Translations under genes and position numbers: made by a program
Part shown: piece by piece, positions 18,897 to 22,575 of the stretch
Layout: each line of letters opens with the position of its first letter
Numbering within the stretch: position 1 is the stretch's first letter
Source of the DNA: a virus
Strand: one strand, 5' to 3'
Length of the DNA: 22,575 nucleotides
UHGV virus genome: UHGV-1464116
The notes under the pieces: generated by a model
The model's input: only the letters and a program-made list of their open reading frames with translations
The model's database searches: none
Told to the model about the DNA's origin: nothing

Positions 18897-18932
18897 AAAA
18901 GCCCCGGGTGCGCTAACACTTCGGGGCTTTTT
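18897..18932. terminator. Intrinsic terminator after spike gene (possibly bidirectional)
   Basis: AAAAGCCCCG...CGGGGCTTTT 10-bp stem with U-rich tails on both strands. Confidence 0.5.
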
Positions 18933-18967
18933 ACTTTCTGCACCTTGAGGATAGCAAGGGAGAATAT

Positions 18968-19105
18968 GTGATTAATTTTAGCAAACTGATACGGGAGTTG
19001 CGAGTCATGGGCGAAAAACTACCCAACTGGAAATTCTTCCTCATCTGGGCCGTGTTCTTTTTATTCGGTCTGTCAAGCGTTATTAGCGCTATACGCTGGT
19101 GGTGA
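18968..19105 (+). CDS. Candidate small membrane protein (45 aa from GTG; 32 aa from ATG 19007)
   Basis: AGGGAG 4-6 nt upstream of GTG 18968; product contains a single hydrophobic helix WKFFLIWAVFFLFGLSSVISAI; stop at 19103-19105, 3 nt before the next gene ATG. Not in the ORF track because it is under 60 aa. Confidence 0.3.
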   Translation: MINFSKLIRELRVMGEKLPNWKFFLIWAVFFLFGLSSVISAIRWW

Positions 19106-19108
19106 TTT

Positions 19109-19462
19109 ATGCGATACAGACGTGAAGACACCGACGGTGATTACACTTTCGGGCAGGGTGACGATACTTTCCTTATCGACAGTCCGGAATGTGTCGCCCA
19201 GGCAGTAAAAACCCGCTTCGAGCTGTGGCGCGGTCAGTGGTTTCTCGATCTGACGGAAGGCACGCCGTATGTTCAGTCGGTGCTTGGTAAACAGCGATCT
19301 GACGTCTACATCCTGGCTATACGTGAACGCATACAGGACACACCGGGCGTTCTGTCGATTCTTTCCTTCGATACCAATTATGACGGCACCAGCCGTCGCG
19401 TCACCTTCACTTCCTCCATTGACACAATCTACGGCCAGACGACTGTAACAAGCGAGGCATAA
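19109..19462 (+). CDS. Baseplate protein (Mu gp46-like)
   Basis: 117 aa directly upstream of the baseplate J-like gene, matching Mu-like order. Confidence 0.6.
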   Translation: MRYRREDTDGDYTFGQGDDTFLIDSPECVAQAVKTRFELWRGQWFLDLTEGTPYVQSVLGKQRSDVYILAIRERIQDTPGVLSILSFDTNYDGTSRRVTFTSSIDTIYGQTTVTSEA

Positions 19463-20662
19463 ATGGCTTTGAACCTCGACACGCTGGGGCTATCGGCAAC
19501 GGTAACCGCCCAGGGGATTAGTGCGCCTGATTACCAGACAATCCTTGATACACTGACCAGCTATTTCAGGCAGATTTACGGTAGTGATGCCTACCTCGAA
19601 CCAGACAGCAAAGATGGGCAAATGGTCGCGCTGGTGGCTCTTGCGGTGCATGACGCTAACAATACCGCTATCGAGATCTACAACTCTTTTTCACCGACGA
19701 CAGCGCAGGCCGCAGCGCTTAGCAACAATGTGAAAATTAACGGGATCACGCGAAAAGTAGCGACAAACTCTACTGCTGACCTTCTGTTAACCGGTACGGC
19801 AGGCACGACTATCACGAATGGCTCCGCACGGGATAAAAACGGCATTATCTGGAATTTTCCCGCAAGTGTAGCGATCGGCGTTGATGGTACTGTGCTGGTG
19901 ACGGCCACATGTGCGAATAGCGGTTCGGTTGCTGCGATGGCCGGGACTATTACCACCATTAACACACCGACTCGTGGCTGGGTTTCGGTAACCAATCCTG
20001 CTGCAGCTACTGTAGGCACTCCAGCAGAAACTGATGCGGAGTTACGTATCCGCCAGTCGCAAAGCGTCGCGCTACCATCGATCACACCGTTTGAAGGTGT
20101 CGACGGTGCAATAGCTAACGTTGCTGGCGTGACACGTCACAAGTTGTATGAGAACGACACAGGAACAACAGACAGCAACGGGCTACCGCCGCACTCAATT
20201 TCCGCCATCGTCGATGGTGGGGATGTTACCGAAATAGCCCAGACCATCAGGGGGAATAAAGGACAGGGAACGGCAACCTACGGGACAACTTCTGTCACGG
20301 TGCCGGATACTTACGGTAATCCTCACGTCATCAGTTTTTCACGCTCTACCGATGTGCCAATTTTCGTAGCCATTACCCTGAAAGTTTTTACCGGCTATAC
20401 CTCTCAAATCGGCGAGCAGATTAAACAGGCTGTTGCCGATTATATAAATGGCCTAACAATTGGCGACGACGTTCTGCTGAGCCGTATTTATTCCCCGGCA
20501 AACCTCGGCGTTGTGAGCGGCGGGAATGCCCGCTATTACGATATTACCGACCTGCTGATCGGTAAGTCGTCTGGCAGCGTATCGGCATCAAACATTGATA
20601 TTGCCTATGATGCTTCAGCGTCCTGTAGCACCGCGAATATCAGTATCACGGTGACCTCATGA
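19463..20662 (+). CDS. Baseplate J-like protein (Mu gp47-like)
   Basis: 399 aa; size and position typical of gpJ-family baseplate wedge proteins; TAAATG junction with the upstream gene. Confidence 0.7.
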   Translation: MALNLDTLGLSATVTAQGISAPDYQTILDTLTSYFRQIYGSDAYLEPDSKDGQMVALVALAVHDANNTAIEIYNSFSPTTAQAAALSNNVKINGITRKVATNSTADLLLTGTAGTTITNGSARDKNGIIWNFPASVAIGVDGTVLVTATCANSGSVAAMAGTITTINTPTRGWVSVTNPAAATVGTPAETDAELRIRQSQSVALPSITPFEGVDGAIANVAGVTRHKLYENDTGTTDSNGLPPHSISAIVDGGDVTEIAQTIRGNKGQGTATYGTTSVTVPDTYGNPHVISFSRSTDVPIFVAITLKVFTGYTSQIGEQIKQAVADYINGLTIGDDVLLSRIYSPANLGVVSGGNARYYDITDLLIGKSSGSVSASNIDIAYDASASCSTANISITVTS

Positions 20663-21339
20663 GCAAATACACCGAACTGATCACTAACTACCACGCTACC
20701 AAGCCACTCTTTTTTGACCATATAGATCTGAGCACCCGCCCGCTGATTGATGTGTCCAGCACTATGTCAGGGCTTATAACAGCCTTCGATATCGATACTG
20801 CTGTCGGTGTACAGCTCGACATCCTCGGTCTGTGGATCGGACGCAGTCGCATAGTCAGCCAGCCAATTAGCGGAGTTTATTTCAGCTGGGACACTGACGG
20901 GCTTGGGTATGACCAGGGCATCTGGCAAGGGCCATATGATCCTGATTCTGGCTATACGACTCTAAGCGATGAGACGTACCGCATCATTCTGAAAGCGAAA
21001 ATCGCTATCAACAACTGGGACGGTCGGAACGACTCTCTGCCTCCCATCCTTGACGCTGCTACCGCAGGCTCAGGCCTGAGGATGCAGATCGTCGACAACC
21101 AGGACATGACGATTTCGGTCTGGGTTTTCCCTGAAACTGATATTTCTGATGTGTCTCTCGAACTGATCGCCGCTATCAAACAGGGCTATCTCACCGTTAA
21201 ATCAGCTGGCGTATGGGCCGGTGATGTTGAAACGCCTTCGGTTGAAACACCTTCCGAGGGTTCTAAATTCTTTGGGTTTGATATTGATAACGAATACATC
21301 AGTGGTTTTGATGTAGGGGCATGGGGAGTATTACTCTGA
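20659..21339 (+). CDS. Baseplate/tail protein (P2 gpI / Mu gp48-like)
   Basis: 226 aa; ATGA overlap at both ends; position between gpJ-like and tail fiber genes. Confidence 0.6.
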   Translation: MSKYTELITNYHATKPLFFDHIDLSTRPLIDVSSTMSGLITAFDIDTAVGVQLDILGLWIGRSRIVSQPISGVYFSWDTDGLGYDQGIWQGPYDPDSGYTTLSDETYRIILKAKIAINNWDGRNDSLPPILDAATAGSGLRMQIVDNQDMTISVWVFPETDISDVSLELIAAIKQGYLTVKSAGVWAGDVETPSVETPSEGSKFFGFDIDNEYISGFDVGAWGVLL

Positions 21340-22133
21340 TGGCGAAAAATGACTTTAAAGCGTTTGCAACTGATCGGAATGCCAATGTTATGTCGCAGGA
21401 GGAATGGGAAGCGTTGCCTGCGCTTATATCCGGATTTACAGCAGGGAAAGCATCCAGTGCGCAAGTCAATAAGGTTATTCGACAGGCCAGCTTTATTGCT
21501 GCAGCTCTGGCCCAGTTTGTAAGTGATAAAACGCAACGGGATGTGCTTGATAATGGTGATCTGCCCGGTTTTGTTGAATTGCTGGGATCGGGGTTTGCTG
21601 TTGAATACCTGAGCCGCAAGAATCCGTTTGGCGATATCAAATCGGATGGCACGGTGAAAACGGCTCTCGAAAACCTTGGTTTGGGAGAAGGTGCTCCAGC
21701 TATTGGCGTTCCGTTCTTCTGGCCGTCCGCTGCAATGCCAAATACTGTAATCGACAGCTGGTCCAGTATGGTGTTTTTGAAGTTCAACGGGGCGAAATTT
21801 TCTGCCTCTGATTACCCTGTGCTGGCGAAAGTGTTTCCTTCACTGGTATTACCTGAAGCCCGCGGTGATTTCATTCGTATCTGGGATGACGGGCGAGGTG
21901 CCGATGGTGGTCGCGAATTATTAAGCTGGCAGGAAGCTACAAACTTTTCTCAGTTTGCCGGGAATATAGGCGGAGGTGCGGGACACGCAATTAACTTTCA
22001 TGATGGCATCGCCGGAAATCAGCCAGGATTTTCACGATTTAATTTCACCAGTAACTCTGTGGGTGATGGTGTGAATTTTGTTGCTGTCAGACCGCGAAAT
22101 ATTGCATTTAACTTTCTGGTGAGGGCTAAATAA
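21339..22133 (+). CDS. Tail fiber protein
   Basis: Track ORF 21321..22133; start ATG 21339 overlaps the upstream stop; N-terminal region reads like a conserved fiber anchor, C-terminal part Gly-rich; followed by a fiber assembly gene. Confidence 0.7.
   Translation: MAKNDFKAFATDRNANVMSQEEWEALPALISGFTAGKASSAQVNKVIRQASFIAAALAQFVSDKTQRDVLDNGDLPGFVELLGSGFAVEYLSRKNPFGDIKSDGTVKTALENLGLGEGAPAIGVPFFWPSAAMPNTVIDSWSSMVFLKFNGAKFSASDYPVLAKVFPSLVLPEARGDFIRIWDDGRGADGGRELLSWQEATNFSQFAGNIGGGAGHAINFHDGIAGNQPGFSRFNFTSNSVGDGVNFVAVRPRNIAFNFLVRAK
21664..21689. other. Candidate recombination site for a Gin/Hin-family DNA invertase (gix/hix-like), inside the tail fiber gene
   Basis: CTCTCGAAAACC-TT-GGTTTGGGAGAA: 26-bp imperfect palindrome (10/12 half-site symmetry) with AAACC-NN-GGTTT core; 10/12 match of the left half to the hixL half-site TTCTTGAAAACC as I recall it. 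Confidence 0.4.
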
Positions 22134-22575
22134 TGAAACCTGTTTTTGATGAAAATGGGCTGGCTACAGTGCCGGGCGATATGCGTTGTTTTTATTATGA
22201 TGCTGAAACATCTGAGTATACGGGCTGGTCTGATGAATATATTAATACTGGCGTAAGTATGCCCGCCTGTTCCACTGGTATTGACCCTGGCGAAAACATT
22301 CCGGGAAGAGTGGCAGTATTTACAGGTAAGGGATGGAGCCATGAAGAAGACCATCGCAATGAGACTGTTTACTCAATCGAAAATGGTGCTGCTGTTACAG
22401 TGGATTATATCGGTGCCATCAAAAACGGTTATGTCACGCTTTCACCGTTAACGCCATATGATAAATGGGATGGTGAGAAATGGGTGACAGATACTGAGGC
22501 ACAACACGGTGCCGCAGTAGAAGCGGCAGAAGCACAGCGCCAGTCACTGATTGATGCTGCAATGGCTTCCATCAG
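22133..22575 (+). CDS. Tail fiber assembly protein (Tfa / Mu U-like), 3' partial
   Basis: ATG at 22133 overlapping the fiber stop (TAATG); translation [40 protein letters not shown]... resembles fiber-assembly chaperones; runs off the window end, so absent from the ORF track. Confidence 0.75.
   Translation, partial: MKPVFDENGLATVPGDMRCFYYDAETSEYTGWSDEYINTGVSMPACSTGIDPGENIPGRVAVFTGKGWSHEEDHRNETVYSIENGAAVTVDYIGAIKNGYVTLSPLTPYDKWDGEKWVTDTEAQHGAAVEAAEAQRQSLIDAAMASI

Larger units (their letters stand above)
1..22575 (+). mobile_element. Phage/prophage late-gene region (lysis end, packaging, head, contractile tail, baseplate, tail fiber)
   Basis: Uninterrupted co-directional run of phage lysis, terminase, portal, capsid, sheath/tube, tape measure, baseplate and fiber genes with tight or overlapping junctions (ATGA/TAATG). 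Confidence 0.9.

Noticed and set aside
18931-19131. Minus-strand ORF 18931..19131 (66 aa)
   Set aside because: Overlaps the + strand small membrane ORF, which has a strong SD and tight coupling to the next gene, and also the start of the gp46-like gene; considered a shadow ORF.
19678-20085. Minus-strand ORF 19678..20085 within the baseplate J-like gene
   Set aside because: Antisense shadow ORF.
21299-21787. Minus-strand ORF 21299..21787 within the tail fiber gene
   Set aside because: Antisense shadow ORF.

Overview
This window reads as the late region of a tailed-phage genome, most likely a prophage of an enteric (Enterobacteriaceae-like) host; the host assignment is an inference from composition and protein style. 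All family assignments are from reading the translated sequence by eye, with no database search. Gene order on the + strand is: end of the lysis cassette (C-terminus of a probable endolysin, Rz with embedded Rz1), a Rha-family regulator, small and large terminase, portal, Mu-F-like head morphogenesis protein, scaffold-like and capsid proteins, head-tail joining proteins, a contractile tail (sheath, tube, chaperone with a -1 frameshift extension, tape measure with a C-terminal lytic transglycosylase domain), a Mu-like baseplate, a tail fiber, and the start of a tail fiber assembly gene. Two places break the co-linear + strand structural operon and are the best candidates for accessory cargo. 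The first is a visibly AT-rich ~0.9 kb insertion inside the baseplate module (17253..18139) carrying a signal-peptide protein and a convergent DUF4236-like membrane protein, bracketed by intrinsic terminators. The second is a minus-strand 72-aa gene plus ~490 bp of non-coding DNA between the Rha gene and the small terminase (1245..1976). Other signals not explained by the ORF track are a programmed -1 frameshift site in the tail chaperone, a 26-bp hix/gix-like palindrome inside the tail fiber gene suggesting an invertible host-range segment, and a small membrane-protein ORF upstream of the gp46-like baseplate gene. No tRNA, rRNA or CRISPR array was seen.
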